From assembly GCA_019828565.1 (NCBI GenBank), contig JAHDYR010000014.1:186001-250000 (forward strand): a DNA stretch of 64,000 nucleotides, given 5' to 3'. Of the stretch, positions 1 through 11,900 are shown in pieces (positions within the stretch are counted from its first letter, which is position 1; every line of letters starts with the position of its first letter). The translations under genes were made by a program, and so were the position numbers. Under the pieces are notes generated by a model. The model was not told where the DNA came from, made no database searches, and was given only the letters and a program-made list of their open reading frames with translations. This DNA comes from Carpediemonas membranifera BICM (lineage: Eukaryota; Protista; Fornicata).

Positions 1-2511
1 TTGCTGTGTCGCCGCAACGTGGTCCGCGACATCATCCTCGGCGTGGGCGTGGATAGTTCTGAGCTCATTCTCGAGCACAGCAATGCGCTCGTCCACACCG
101 TCATCACTAGCAGGGGGCGGGGGCGCTGGGGCGGATTGAATGGGAACGCTCCTGGCCATCGCATCAATCTCTGCCTGCTTCTCGGCGACCATGGACTGGG
201 CAGTGCTCAGCATTCTCTCGAGGCGGTCGATCTTCTCCGATACCTCTCGCTGCTTCTTGGCGTCGTCGAGATCTCTGGCAACAAGCTCATGCTCTAGGGA
301 AGTGATCCTTTGCATGGCCTCGTCGTCGGTGCTTGACTCAGCCGTCTCATAGCCCTTTAACCGGGCCTCAAGGTCAACTTGGTCTCGGGCCAAACGTCTG
401 AGGGCGGGCTCGGCGGCTGCGAGCTCAGCCTTGGCCTGATCGAGGTCGCGGGTGGCAGTCTCAACGGCAGCCTCGAGCTCGGCCGACCGCGCTGCTGTCT
501 TGCGTTCATCGGCGTCGCGGACATCAATCTCGTGCTGAAGCGCAGCGATCTTCTCGGTGGCAGCGTCCTCGCTAGCTGTGAGACGGGAGATCTCCGCTTG
601 CAACTCGGCCGCAGTCGCACCATCTGACACTACTGGCTGTGCTGGAACATCGGCATCCTTATTACCCTGCTGGGCGCGTAGGGCCTCGTTATCCCGCAGC
701 GCCTGGTCAAGCTTGGCCTCCAGCTCGGATACGGTATCGGCAAGCTCGGTTGTGCGATCCTCGGCCGCTACAAGCTGGGCATCGGCAGTAGCACGGTTCC
801 TCGCATCATCTTCATTCAGGGTCTTGACCTCGGCCTCAAGAGCCATGATGCGGGCCTCGTAGTCGTCGATGGTGGCCCTAGACGACTCACCATCTGCACC
901 ATACTGCTGCAGAAACGCCTGTGCAGCCTGGGCGGCAGCCAGAGCCTGGTCGCGCTCAATAATGGCTGATTTGAGCTGTGTCTTCAGATCTTCGAGATCA
1001 TCAACCGAGATCTCGGGTCTGGACTGGCTTACGCTGGCGGCGTCGGCAACGGCACGGGCAAGAGCTGCGTTGGCCTCGGAAAGAGAGGATTCGAGCGCTG
1101 CAATTCGGGCCGCGGTGTTGGGCTCCTCTCCTTCGCATATGAGGATCTCGTGCTGGAGTGCCGCGATCTTCTCCGCTGCAGAAGCCTCACTGGCGCGAAT
1201 TTCGGCGTACTCGCGTTGTAACTGGTCCATATCGTCAGCAGCAGGCTCTTGGCTAGGGATCTGCCCGCGCTCGGTGGGCATGTCGGCCTCGGCGGCGAGT
1301 CCCTGAGCCACGTTGGTCGACTCGTCGATCTTCTCTTCGAGCTCAGCCAGTGCGCATTCAAGCTGCCTGATTCTCGCCAAATCGCTCGCCCTTGTGTCAT
1401 CAGGACCCCAGTCATCTCTGGTTACCAGCTTGAGTTCCTCCTCAAGAGCGGTGATCCGTTGAACATACTCACACATGGTACCAGCGTCTTCGCTGGACCC
1501 CGCTTGTCTAAGCTGGGCCTGTGCGTGGGCCGCCTCGGCCTCAGCCGACTCTGCCCGAGTCACTAGCTCAGCCAACGAGGCTGGGGTGATATCAGCCCGG
1601 GACTGGGTCAGCTCAGACAGCTCAGACCGGGCATGACGCAGCTCTTTGGTGATTTTTTCGACGGCAGCCTCGAGCTCGGCCGACCGCGCTGCTGTCTTGC
1701 GTTCATCGGCGTCGCGGACATCAATCTCGTGCTGAAGCGCAGCGATCCTCGCGCCAGCTTCATTCTCGCTCGCCTTCAGCCTCTCTACTTCGCTATTAAG
1801 CTCTGTGATCGTTGCCTTAGCCGCGTCATCGGTGCCCACAGCGTCAGGGGGCTGAGTCCGGGCCTCACTGGCGCTGAGCCGGGATCTAAGCTCCTCTGCC
1901 TCTCGATGAGCATGGGCAAGCTGCTCTCTCAGCTCAGCAATCGTGCCCAGCATCTTCTCATCCGTCTGTACTGTCTCGGTCTCGGTGTCATGGCTGGCCT
2001 CAGCGTCGAATGCATCCCTCGCCTTCAGCTCAGCCTCGAGCGCAGTAATCCTCGCGGCATACTCCTCCAATGTCTTCTGTTCGTTCTTGTTATCAGCGCT
2101 CTGCTCTTTCAGAGAGAACCGTGCACACTTAGCGGCGGCCTTGGTCTCTGTAAGCTCCTCTCCGGCCTGTCTGAGCTCGTCATTTAGGGCCTTAGTAGTG
2201 CTATCCGCGTCTTGCCTGGTCTCCTTGAGTTGGGTGACCTCTGCGGTGAGTTTGGCGTTCAACTTCTTCATCGCGGCAACCTCAATGATGTGAAGGCTCT
2301 TATCGACCTCAGCAGAGTATATTCTGGCCTTGAGATTCGCATTAGCATCGACTAGTTCCCTCATTTGCCGCTGGAGGGCCGCAATCTGTTCCTGCATTGC
2401 CTTTCCGCTGCCATCAGAAGCTGCGGTTGTGGTTGTTCCAGCAGTATTCATTCCATCTGAAGAACCAAGCATGTTCCCGTGGTTCTGTTGCTCACGGGTA
2501 CTTGCTTCCAT
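1..2511 (-). CDS. Long coiled-coil protein, 3' end runs off the window edge
   Basis: ATG at 2511 (MEASTREQQNHG...MQEQIAALQRQMRELVDANANLKAR...) begins an E/A/L/K/Q-rich heptad frame that appears open to position 1. It is absent from the ORF track because no stop lies in the window. The many plus-strand ORFs here are its antisense shadows. Confidence 0.85.
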   Translation of the reverse strand, partial: MEASTREQQNHGNMLGSSDGMNTAGTTTTAASDGSGKAMQEQIAALQRQMRELVDANANLKARIYSAEVDKSLHIIEVAAMKKLNAKLTAEVTQLKETRQDADSTTKALNDELRQAGEELTETKAAAKCARFSLKEQSADNKNEQKTLEEYAARITALEAELKARDAFDAEASHDTETETVQTDEKMLGTIAELREQLAHAHREAEELRSRLSASEARTQPPDAVGTDDAAKATITELNSEVERLKASENEAGARIAALQHEIDVRDADERKTAARSAELEAAVEKITKELRHARSELSELTQSRADITPASLAELVTRAESAEAEAAHAQAQLRQAGSSEDAGTMCEYVQRITALEEELKLVTRDDWGPDDTRASDLARIRQLECALAELEEKIDESTNVAQGLAAEADMPTERGQIPSQEPAADDMDQLQREYAEIRASEASAAEKIAALQHEILICEGEEPNTAARIAALESSLSEANAALARAVADAASVSQSRPEISVDDLEDLKTQLKSAIIERDQALAAAQAAQAFLQQYGADGESSRATIDDYEARIMALEAEVKTLNEDDARNRATADAQLVAAEDRTTELADTVSELEAKLDQALRDNEALRAQQGNKDADVPAQPVVSDGATAAELQAEISRLTASEDAATEKIAALQHEIDVRDADERKTAARSAELEAAVETATRDLDQAKAELAAAEPALRRLARDQVDLEARLKGYETAESSTDDEAMQRITSLEHELVARDLDDAKKQREVSEKIDRLERMLSTAQSMVAEKQAEIDAMARSVPIQSAPAPPPPASDDGVDERIAVLENELRTIHAHAEDDVADHVAATQQ
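464..550. repeat. 87-nt exact intragenic direct repeat, copy 1 (copy 2 at 1661-1747)
   Basis: acggcagcctcgagctcggcc...gaagcgcagcgatc is identical at both places. The offset of 1197 nt is in frame. Confidence 0.9.
1661..1747. repeat. 87-nt exact intragenic direct repeat, copy 2
   Basis: Identical to 464-550. Confidence 0.9.
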
Positions 2512-2763
2512 GGAGATGATCGCCGACTGTCTTGTGCCCAAAATTCTCGGTCCTAAATCTCCGAGATCGTGGAGATTTGTCTTCAAGTCTGAATCATTCC
2601 CCACTATGTGTGTCATGACATCATATCGTGTCAGATCAAGACTCGGCATGGCATGCCAGCACATCGACACAGCTGGGTTGACTCTCGTGAAACCATGATC
2701 GCCTAAGCCAGTCATATACTGATCATTATCATATATTATAGTTTAACCGAGACCATTCATGTC

Positions 2764-3855
2764 TTACTGCATGTCGTCGTCCGAGATTTCCGTCTGCACG
2801 CCGCTGCGCTTGATCACCATCTTCGCCATGAGGTGGGCAACATGGACCGACCTCTGCATCGAGTAGCCCATGATGCGCCCGAAAGTATACCCGCCGGCAA
2901 AGGCATCACCCGCGCCGTTCGTGTCAATGAGCTGCTCGCGGGGGACGGCCTCCACAGGGAATGTCACTGGCTTGCCGTCCGTCTCCTTGTCGACGACGAT
3001 GGTGTCGTGGGGGCCCTGGGTGACGACGACGTTCCTCAGTGCCCGATCGCCGCGCTTCCACGTCGAGAGGAAGACTGCAAGCTTGGACAGGTCGACCTTG
3101 CCGTCAGCCTCCTTGGGGAAGTCGATCACCTCGGCCAGGGAACCGTATTCGGCCTCGTTACCGAGCAGGACGTCACACGCCTCGACGACGGCGAGGAGAC
3201 GATCGGTAAAGGCGTTGACAACAAAGGGTGACGCCAGGTTGAAGCAGATGCTCTTGCCGCGTTGCTGGGCGAGCTCGATGAGCTTCTGCGTGGACTTATA
3301 GTTGTCAGTGATGAAGAATCCCGAGAAGTAAACGGCGGGCACCTCGTCCAAGAAACGAAGCACGTCCGGCTGGTCAAAGAGGCATGGATCGAAGTATGTG
3401 GACGCGCCGAGTGACGCTACGAGACTCCTGTCCCTGTTGTCGTCGATGAAGACGGCGCAGTGGCCTGTAGAGTCGTCCTCGGTGACACAGAAGCGGTGCT
3501 CGATCTTGTGTTCGGTGAGCATCTCACGCATACGGTTACCAGTCGCGTCATTAGCAACACTGCCAGCATAGAACACGCAGAATTGATCGCCGGTGGTGAT
3601 GGATCGCTTGGCGTTGTATGCGAGGATGGCCTGGAAAATCCGAGCCGTGTTGAGCACGCTGCCGCCGGGAGTGGCCTCAAAGGAAGCATCGCACGTAGCC
3701 ATGAGGTCACTGAGCTTTGCTGACGGCCAGATGACGGCCCTCGCGGGCTCCAGACCGGACTTCTTCAGAAACTCGCCATTAACCTCCTTGGTGTAGATCT
3801 CATCCATTAGAGGGTTACCAGCGCAGAAAAGCAGGCATTTGGTTGTTGCAGACAT
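2764..3855 (-). CDS. ADK: Adenosine kinase (PfkB/ribokinase family)
   Basis: GNPLMD N-terminus, PGGSVLNTAR, TGHCAV, RSLVASLGAS, NLASPF, GNEAE, VVVTQG and the PfkB signature DTNGAGDAFAGG. Confidence 0.92.
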   Translation of the reverse strand: MSATTKCLLFCAGNPLMDEIYTKEVNGEFLKKSGLEPARAVIWPSAKLSDLMATCDASFEATPGGSVLNTARIFQAILAYNAKRSITTGDQFCVFYAGSVANDATGNRMREMLTEHKIEHRFCVTEDDSTGHCAVFIDDNRDRSLVASLGASTYFDPCLFDQPDVLRFLDEVPAVYFSGFFITDNYKSTQKLIELAQQRGKSICFNLASPFVVNAFTDRLLAVVEACDVLLGNEAEYGSLAEVIDFPKEADGKVDLSKLAVFLSTWKRGDRALRNVVVTQGPHDTIVVDKETDGKPVTFPVEAVPREQLIDTNGAGDAFAGGYTFGRIMGYSMQRSVHVAHLMAKMVIKRSGVQTEISDDDMQ

Positions 3856-4173
3856 TCTGAAACGTGTCTTCGCTTGAAACGCTCACCTTCCCAGCTTAAC
3901 CAAGTAGCTTTCAGCAGATCTTGGAATGATCTGACAGACTGCCATCGCGTGGCCTCGGGATCGCGATGCCACATTGACATGTGATTTCCCTAAATATGTT
4001 GTGGCGCTGAGTACACAAAATAGTGGTTCAAAACATTCACCTCAGCTGTGATGGGGGGTTCGAACAAGACCATCCGACACCTGTAAGCGATATGATGGGA
4101 TAGGCACTCCATTACAACTACCCAACCCGGCAATAGCCTCGGAAATTGATTTGCCGGATTTGCCCAACTGGTA

Positions 4174-4734
4174 ATGACTGAAGAACTAGGATCGCACGGC
4201 ATCAAGTCCTGGTCCGGTCTAACAGATGATCCCCGTAGAATCTATGATGTGAAAATGCCACAGCTCTCCAATATCACCCGCAAAGTACTCCTGTACGACG
4301 AATTCATGAAAGGAATCACTCCCCACACCGACAAGGCTGGTGGAAAACTTGCCATAGCGATAGGAACAGATGATTTTGGCGATGCATTGGAGCCATGCCA
4401 ACTTAATCCCTCTCTTCAGGAGCGTTACATCGAGTTGTTCAAGACAATTTCGAACCAGATCGCAGCCCGGGAACTGAACGCCATCCTACAGACGTACGAC
4501 ATCAACGAGGAGCGCACGCTGTCTGATGGCCTGGAGGTGCGTGCGACTGTTGAACTCCGGCGGCGACTGCGGCACAGGCTGGACCACAAATACATCATGC
4601 GTAAGGCCATGGAGCGGCTCCGGTTCGAGTGCACTGAGCAAGAGACGCCCGTCCAGACTGCGGCAGACAGTGACGCCATGCTCCTCCTTGCTGGAGAACG
4701 CGAGACAGCCTTTCCCTTTGACATGCAGCCATGA
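4174..4734 (+). CDS. Hypothetical helical protein (186 aa)
   Basis: ATG-initiated ORF with protein-like composition that fills the gap between neighbours. No motif recognised. Confidence 0.6.
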   Translation: MTEELGSHGIKSWSGLTDDPRRIYDVKMPQLSNITRKVLLYDEFMKGITPHTDKAGGKLAIAIGTDDFGDALEPCQLNPSLQERYIELFKTISNQIAARELNAILQTYDINEERTLSDGLEVRATVELRRRLRHRLDHKYIMRKAMERLRFECTEQETPVQTAADSDAMLLLAGERETAFPFDMQP

Positions 4735-4980
4735 GGGTAGGTGGCCGTCAACGATTCACCCTTGCATTGTATCCAATTACCGGCACGACCCTGATTCTGC
4801 TGTCACGATGGATCTGTGTGGTCCACTCTGCCGTCTTCCACTCAAATGATTCCCTCATAAATCTGCATGTAAATCGCTGCCTCGCCCCCTCTGCCCCCGG
4901 ATCTGACACATCAAGGCGCTATCAAGCCTATCAGGAGAAAGATTTGGGTCACAGCAATTCCATCTTCAAGCATTGAGAGC

Positions 4981-6738
4981 ATGACCGCGAATCGGCCCGA
5001 AAGCATGTCCCGCATGCTATATGATCCAGATGGATCGCTGCAATACTCATCAAGAAGCGATTCTAGTTTAACATCCATCGAAACTGGCTTTGGCGACATG
5101 GAGAATTCCTTCGATCGCTTTTCACCATACCGCCAGGGCAATTCGCCACTTTCAGCGGTATCCAACAACTCACGCCTAAAGATAGGGCTACATACGATCG
5201 ACATTGAGCTCCAGCGGCTCGCCCATGATAACGATGAACTTGCATCGGCTCATGACTTGCTGGCCACCTCACTCGCGGAAGAAAGAAACAGGGCTGCCGC
5301 CCTCGAGAAGCAGCTTGCAACCATGACCAACGAGCTTAGGGAGCAGACAGAGCTCGTGCGGCACCAGTCAGCCGTCATCGCCACTGCCAACAGGACGATC
5401 GAGGATCTCAGGGCCGTTCAGCCCCACTCCGTCGTGACAGACGATGCTAACACACAGACAGACCCCCGCAGCTATGACTCCAGGTCGCAGTCAGATACGT
5501 CGATCGTGCTACAGGGAGAGCTGAGCCAATCATCAACTGTAGTCTCACTGCAACCAATCACTGAGTGCGATGCTGAATCGGGCATGGACGACGGTGACTC
5601 CAAGCTTGGCTCGATCAGCAGTATTGGTCGTATCATGTTTTCCCTGGGACTCGGAGAGACTGCCGAGAGTCCTGACAGCCCGGTCGCGACATCAGACGGA
5701 AAGCAGAACACGAGCGACGAGAAGCATCACTCAACGCTGTCTACTGTACCTAGCATCCCTGATTTCTATGACGCTGACGCCGTCGGTGACAGAGATGATG
5801 ACTCAATGTCGCTGTTGACGGTCGAAGACGTCGACATCCCAGATAACGACTCAATCGTATTCAAACTGAGTCACTCGAGACAGAATTCACTCGACACGGC
5901 GCTGATCTCAGACGACAGCCTCCAGACGAGGCCGGGCGAGCTCCACATCCCCCGTCTCAACCTCACAGCAGCCTCACTACCCCGAGCTGGAAGGGACAAG
6001 CTCGACTCCCAGCCCTCCTCTGACTCTGACGCGTTCTCGACCACTCCCACGACGCTGTCGGGCCGGTTCTCACGGACACCGACGGGTAAGGGGATGCATC
6101 GCCGAAAGAGATCGGTGTTCTGTCATTCGAGTTTAGTGGAGAGAGGGGCGTGGGCGTGGAAGTACCCCACCTTCCCAAACGGCAAGGTGACCAAGCGGTT
6201 CATTGTGTTTGACCCAACTAACCTGGTGTTCTCGTGGGGGCACGATCCAAGCTCCCAGACGGCCAAGATCTCTGTCGGTAACATTCGTAAGATCGTACCA
6301 GGGTGTCTGTCTCCAATGTTCTGGCATGGAACGGCTACCAGCCCCTCTTGTACACAACCCCACTTGTCATTCTGTCTCCAACTATCAAACGGCCAAGTGC
6401 TGGCGTTCACTGCGGCCACCCGGGAAACTTTCCTGGCCTTCTTCTCGATAATGCACAAGAGCATCCTCGCGCAGACATCCCCTGCCGGCCGTATGGAGTG
6501 GTGGGCTTCATTCACTCCGGGGAAACTGCTATGGTTCACCATGTCCCGCAGGCTGTGGACGTTATCCCGCACTCAGGGTGTAAGGCTGGGTGACTTGTTT
6601 GCTGAGGCCTTTGAGGACGAGACCGAGATGACATCCAACTCTGTGCTTGATACGCCACCCACCAGACTTATGAGGAAGCTGTCGACCAGGATAGCAACGG
6701 CGGTTATGCAGTCACCACGGGTAATTGATCGGAGATGA
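4981..6738 (+). CDS. Coiled-coil plus C-terminal PH-domain protein
   Basis: N-terminal heptads (IELQRLAHDNDELASAHDLL...), a Ser/Asp-rich linker, then a PH-like block RGAWAWKY...KRFIVFD...FSW...IRKIVPG...SFCLQL...LAFTAATRETF. Confidence 0.8.
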   Translation: MTANRPESMSRMLYDPDGSLQYSSRSDSSLTSIETGFGDMENSFDRFSPYRQGNSPLSAVSNNSRLKIGLHTIDIELQRLAHDNDELASAHDLLATSLAEERNRAAALEKQLATMTNELREQTELVRHQSAVIATANRTIEDLRAVQPHSVVTDDANTQTDPRSYDSRSQSDTSIVLQGELSQSSTVVSLQPITECDAESGMDDGDSKLGSISSIGRIMFSLGLGETAESPDSPVATSDGKQNTSDEKHHSTLSTVPSIPDFYDADAVGDRDDDSMSLLTVEDVDIPDNDSIVFKLSHSRQNSLDTALISDDSLQTRPGELHIPRLNLTAASLPRAGRDKLDSQPSSDSDAFSTTPTTLSGRFSRTPTGKGMHRRKRSVFCHSSLVERGAWAWKYPTFPNGKVTKRFIVFDPTNLVFSWGHDPSSQTAKISVGNIRKIVPGCLSPMFWHGTATSPSCTQPHLSFCLQLSNGQVLAFTAATRETFLAFFSIMHKSILAQTSPAGRMEWWASFTPGKLLWFTMSRRLWTLSRTQGVRLGDLFAEAFEDETEMTSNSVLDTPPTRLMRKLSTRIATAVMQSPRVIDRR

Positions 6739-7525
6739 GGGTTGGATGATTTGTTGTGGAGGGCGTCCCGGTGGCTTGTCTTTGTTCGTTTTTTAATTAA
6801 AAGCTATTTGCGGTCAGCAGAGATTGTGTGATGCAGCCCAATAATGAGCTGCTTCGAGAGGCTTGTTACTCGACCGTATCCGCTGATCATTCTACTGCTT
6901 CTGCTGTCTTCACCGTGGCCCCATTCGCTGTTATGGTGAGGCAGACCATGTCTGACTTCGATCTCATGGACTCAAAGGGGTGGATGAGGATCAACCCTGC
7001 AATGCATGGAGCGATCTGGGTCACATCATCCCTGTCCTGCAAGCTGGATGTTACACTGCGGTCCTCGGTAAATCCAGAAGTCGAGTCTGCTTGGATATGG
7101 GATAAGTCATGGGAGGTCAACCACTGTTGTGCCCTTCAACTATGCCAGCTGTGACACATCGAGGAAACCATCGCCCAACCTCAGGTTGGCTTGGGTTGAC
7201 TGAACCAGAAGACACTGTGATAGCTTCCTTCGGTCAAATGACAGGAGTGGCGCGGTGGATGCGAACGGGGCCTAAATTACCTTATCTGACGAAACTGTTT
7301 CGGCGGGATTGCAATCGATCTGATGAAGAAGATCTTATCCACCTGGTTCCCGGTCGCTGGATTCCGACTCTGCCTACATGCACCCGATACCGAAGTATAC
7401 AGGGCATGCGATGCCCCTGCTCATTGATCGGGCACACGGCCGTGATCATGAGACCATCACGTGTGGTTTCCTGCCATATCTGGCACACAACGGGACCGCG
7501 CACTTTACCGACCAAAATTGGCGGC

Positions 7526-8914
7526 ATGACGGATTGGGCCGTCCCAGAGCCATACGACAGCAACAGGCCAGTGGTCTGCATTCTTGGTACGTAGAAGCAC
7601 AGTAGTTTTGACGTAGGACCGACCGCATCGGGAAAGACGTCTCTTTCGACGAAGGTCTGCGCCGAATTCGGCGGTGAGGTCATTGTATGCGATTCAATTC
7701 AGCTATACGAGCACTGTAACATTCTATCTGCCAAGGTCACCGACGCTGAGGCATCAGGGATCCCGCATCATCTGCTAAGCTCTGTCTCGCCCTTGGACCC
7801 CTCGTTCACGGTGATGAAGTACCAGCAGGCGGCCGTGAAGGCCATTAATGACTGCCATAAGAGGGATAAGGTCCCATTTATTGTCGGAGGCACCGTGTAC
7901 TACGCAGCATCAACTATGGCCTTCGATTCACTCCTGGGAAGCAACCAGGAGTACATAGACGCCGTAGACCCGGCCGCAGGAGGGTACTCGGTGCTCCAGA
8001 AGAAGTGGGACCTCCCCCTCGATGAGCTCGAGGCCGTCTTCAAGCAGACTTGCACTGCTAACCGCGTTCCATTCGAGGCCCTCGGATCTAGACGGGCCTA
8101 TAGAGAAGCCATGGTTTGCTATGAGATGACAGGCAACTTCCCCAGTAGATACCAGCAGAAGGAGGAGTCCGAGGCCTCATTCGCCTCCCTCGTCATCTAC
8201 CTAACCTGTGACCCTGAAGAACTCTCCCGCCGCGCCCAGGCCCGGGTTGACGAAATGAAGGCGCAGGGTGTGGTAAGTGAAGCGGTCGGGCTGTATCTGA
8301 AGGGAATCTCTGAGGGTGCAATGCTTGACAGAGGCGTATTCCAAGCTATCGGGCTGAAGGAATTGAAGCCGTTGGTTGACAGAATCCTGGATGACATGAC
8401 GGTCGAAGATTCACCTAGATTCCACAGAGATGCACTGGACTCCATGACTGACCGAGAGCTGGCCTTGCTGTGGGGTCCAACACTGCCAGCCCAAGTACAT
8501 CGTCTGCCCGACCTGACCGGGCTCGACGACTTGATCGACGACTGTCTCCAGACTGTTGTTACCAGCACGGTGAACTATGCGAAGAAGCAGGCAAAGGCAG
8601 TGGACGTTCTCAAGGCGCGCGGCTTCCCGGTGGTCGAGGTTGACACGACCAGGGTGAGGGTCGACGGTTGGGGTGACATCGTTGGGCAGACCGCGAAGAT
8701 CATAAGACACTTCATCGCACATCCTTACAAGGCAACGTTAGCGCCGCCTGACCCAGAGGCGCGTAAGGTGTTCCATTGTGACATTTGCGGTCGAGATATC
8801 GTGGGGAGGCAGCAGTATGATGTGCACCTTAAGAGCGGCAAACACAAGAGAGGGCTGCGGACGATGAAAAGGAACCAGGGGCGGCGGCCATCATTTAATA
8901 TAATAGTGCGCTGA
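7526..8914 (+). CDS. TRIT1: tRNA dimethylallyl(isopentenyl)transferase with C-terminal zinc finger; one intron at 7587-7616
   Basis: Splicing the 30-nt GTACGT...ACGTAG intron, which holds an in-frame stop, restores VVCILGPTASGKT (P-loop). Also CDSIQLY, SAKVT, GIPHHLL, VGGTVYY, FQAIGLKE, NYAKKQ and the C-terminal CDIC...HLKSGKH finger typical of eukaryotic TRIT1/Mod5. Confidence 0.92.
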
Positions 8915-8964
8915 ACTCTACATAAATGTTATCAACTTACCGTCCGATCTAAGTACCTTTACAA

Positions 8965-11900
8965 TCATCTCCTAAGCCCTCTCTTCACCAGAGACCGCAC
9001 AACACCGCCCACGCCGCTGCTCTCCCGATCCTCCTTGGCCCGCTCGATCAGCAGACTCGCCTTAGGGTCCGTCTCTCCAAGCGCCCTGTTGGTAACCGTC
9101 CGGGGGTCGGCCCCGAGGTCCAGGAGCGTTGGGACGGCCTTTGGCTGGAACCTTGCGGCGATCTCTAGAGCTGTCATCCTGGTAAGATCGGATTCCCTCT
9201 CGAGATCCGCACCAGCAGATACGAGGGTGCGAATCAGCTTGGGCTGGATTCTGACCGCGAAATGGAGCAGCGAGACACCCTTGGCGGTGACGGCATTGAC
9301 ATCGGCGCCCATCGCCGCCAGCACGCTGACCAGTGAGGGGTGGTAGCGGCATGCAAGGAATAGTGGCGTGAAGCCGTTGCCGTCTCTCGCATCCAGCTCC
9401 GCACCAGCCATGAGCAGCACCGGGACCATGGCGGGAAGGTGCTGGGCCGCTAGGTGGATGGGGGCGCGGCCATGGGCATCCAAGTCGGACATGAAGGACG
9501 GCGACCTTGGCTTGAGCTTGTTGAAGTGGCACAGCGCAGTAAACTCAGCGTCCCGACGGCAGTACCAGAGGGCCTGAGTCTGCTTCAGTCTCAGCGCTGT
9601 CTCGTCGTTGTCGAAACACATCGCCTTGAGCTCCTTGACATCCGGTCGAGTCGAATGGAGTCGCCGTGCAGCCTCCGCATAGCGGCGGACCTGCCTCAGC
9701 AGCTCTCCGCTGCGGTGACCCTTGGGTGTCGGGTTCCTGGCATTAAGGGGGGTAGCCCCTGCCATGAGAAGTCCGAGGACACCGTACCAGTGGTCGTACT
9801 CGACGGCAAGCTCGAGCGGTGTCTTCTGCTCGTTGATGTTCTCAACATCAAGGGCTCCAGCGTCGATGAGTGTCTGGATGGCGTCGGGGTACTGGACACA
9901 CGCGATATGCAGTACTGAGTCACCATTGTCGTTCTGAGTCACAATAAGAGCCTGGTCAGTCGTGTCGAACCCGGCATCCCGGAGAATTACTCGGAATGGG
10001 GCAAACTCTGGACCATGTCGGATCGCCCAAACACTCTGGGCCTGCCGGACCATGAGGGCGGCCTCAATGCGGCCTTCGAGAGTCTCCTCCGGCACAAGGT
10101 TGGGATTCGCTCCGTTCTCGATCAGGGCGTTCACAGCGTCGACCTTCCTGATTGTTACAGCGACCGCAAGGGGTGACAGACCATGGCGGTCTGCAGCATT
10201 GACATTCATGCCTATCCTCAACAGCAGGGGGATGACTGACGGCCTCCAGACGGCATAGTGCATGGCGGTCCACCCATCGACAGCAGAACTCTCGGCGAGG
10301 TCGGGCGATCCGGGATCGATGCCGTTGGCTTGCAGTAGGGCGACGAACGCCTCATCGCGTCTGATACTCCGGAGTGCGTGTGCCTCGTCGAGAAGCATGG
10401 CGATCTCTGGGTTCTTGACGACCTCGCGGGTGTTGCTGAGGTCAGCGCCGGCTTCCAACAGCAGCTTGACGGGGTACGGCTTGCCCTGCTTGACTGCAGT
10501 TACCAGTGCGGTCTCCTGGTGCTCGTCCCTTGCCTCAAGGTCGAACCCTTTGTCGATGACAAACATGAGGTCCACTGGGGAGTCGAGTACCACGTGCGGG
10601 GTGGGGGGAGCAGATTCTGTGGGCTCTAGGGGCCTCCACTGGACAGCCCTGTAGGTGGCCGGGGGTGTCACCGTGACGGCCACACCATCCTTCACTGCTA
10701 GAACAGCGTCGGGGTCGCAGGGCGCGATGTCGGTCCATTTTCTCAGGGATGCATTGAACGAAGCGACCCTGCTGCCCGCTAGCACAGTGAGGCCGGTCTT
10801 GGTTTGTACCACCTGCGCGCCCTCGGTCTCGATGGGGCAGTCGGGAAGGACGTCGAAGCGGCCGAGGTGGATGCGGCGCAGCTGGCGGCGGTAGAGCAGG
10901 TAGCGGCCGACGCCAGTGTGGGCCTCCGCCTCGAAGAAGGAGCGGTGCGTCTCCCAGCAGTCCTCCGCGACGTTGTACACGTGCAGCGCGTCTGATACGT
11001 CGGGGCCCGACCCGCCGTGGACGTAGACGAAGCCGTCGGCCGCAGTCATCGCGAAGCCCCGCAGCTTGCCGGTGGGCATGTCGGCGAGCTTCAGCCAAAC
11101 GCGCTTAGTCAGATCGAAAGCATAGAACATAGCGCAGTCGTCATTGAGGGCGTATACCCTGTCCTTGAAGCAGCAGGCTCGGGCTACGGCGAGCAGAGGA
11201 AACTCAGACTCGGCTTCAAGTCGGAACTCGTAGCGTGCTGGCACCTCTGGGTCACAATCAAGCAATGACAGTGATGTGGCGGTCACAGATACGACCATAG
11301 ATCCGATACGGAAGGTCGAATCTTCGGCAAATCTTGAGATTGAGATGGCTTGATCGGGAATATTGGTCTGGAAAGTCTTGAATGCATCAAGGGCCATCTG
11401 TCTCCAAATATCGTCTCGGATATCTCTCAAGATCTGACCCCAGTCTGGCGACAGGGGGTTGCAGGCAAGTAGTGTGGTCTCGCGTGCATCGCGTGCCATG
11501 TCTTCGAGCTCCGCCCGGAGTTGGCGGAGACCGGGCTTGAGAGCGGTGATCTCATCGATGCGCTGACTAATAGCGGTAACCCAGCTGTCTCTCTCGGCAG
11601 CTGTAGCGGCCCTTAGCTCAAACACCCGCCCCGGTGCACGAACTACGAAGATGTTGTCCTCGCCAGCTGACACGAAGGCGGCACATAAAGGGATACAGCC
11701 CTTATCCACGGACAGGCGGCCACGGGAAAGGTACATAAAGACGTCGGACAGCAGAACGAATTCCCTCCCCTTCCACGTGCCTGCTCGGTGGGCGAGACGC
11801 GATAGCTGACCGCGTTTGAACAGCTGGCGGTCATAGCCTGAGACGTCTCCGCCAATCTCATTCCAGTTCGAGATTGCCGTCCGGATGCCCTGGACGGCTA

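Noticed and set aside
6887-7171. Minus-strand frame with an in-frame TGA (MVSSMCHSWHS*RAQQW...) as a possible selenoprotein
   Set aside because: There is no recognisable selenoprotein motif or SECIS, and no support that the frame is coding.
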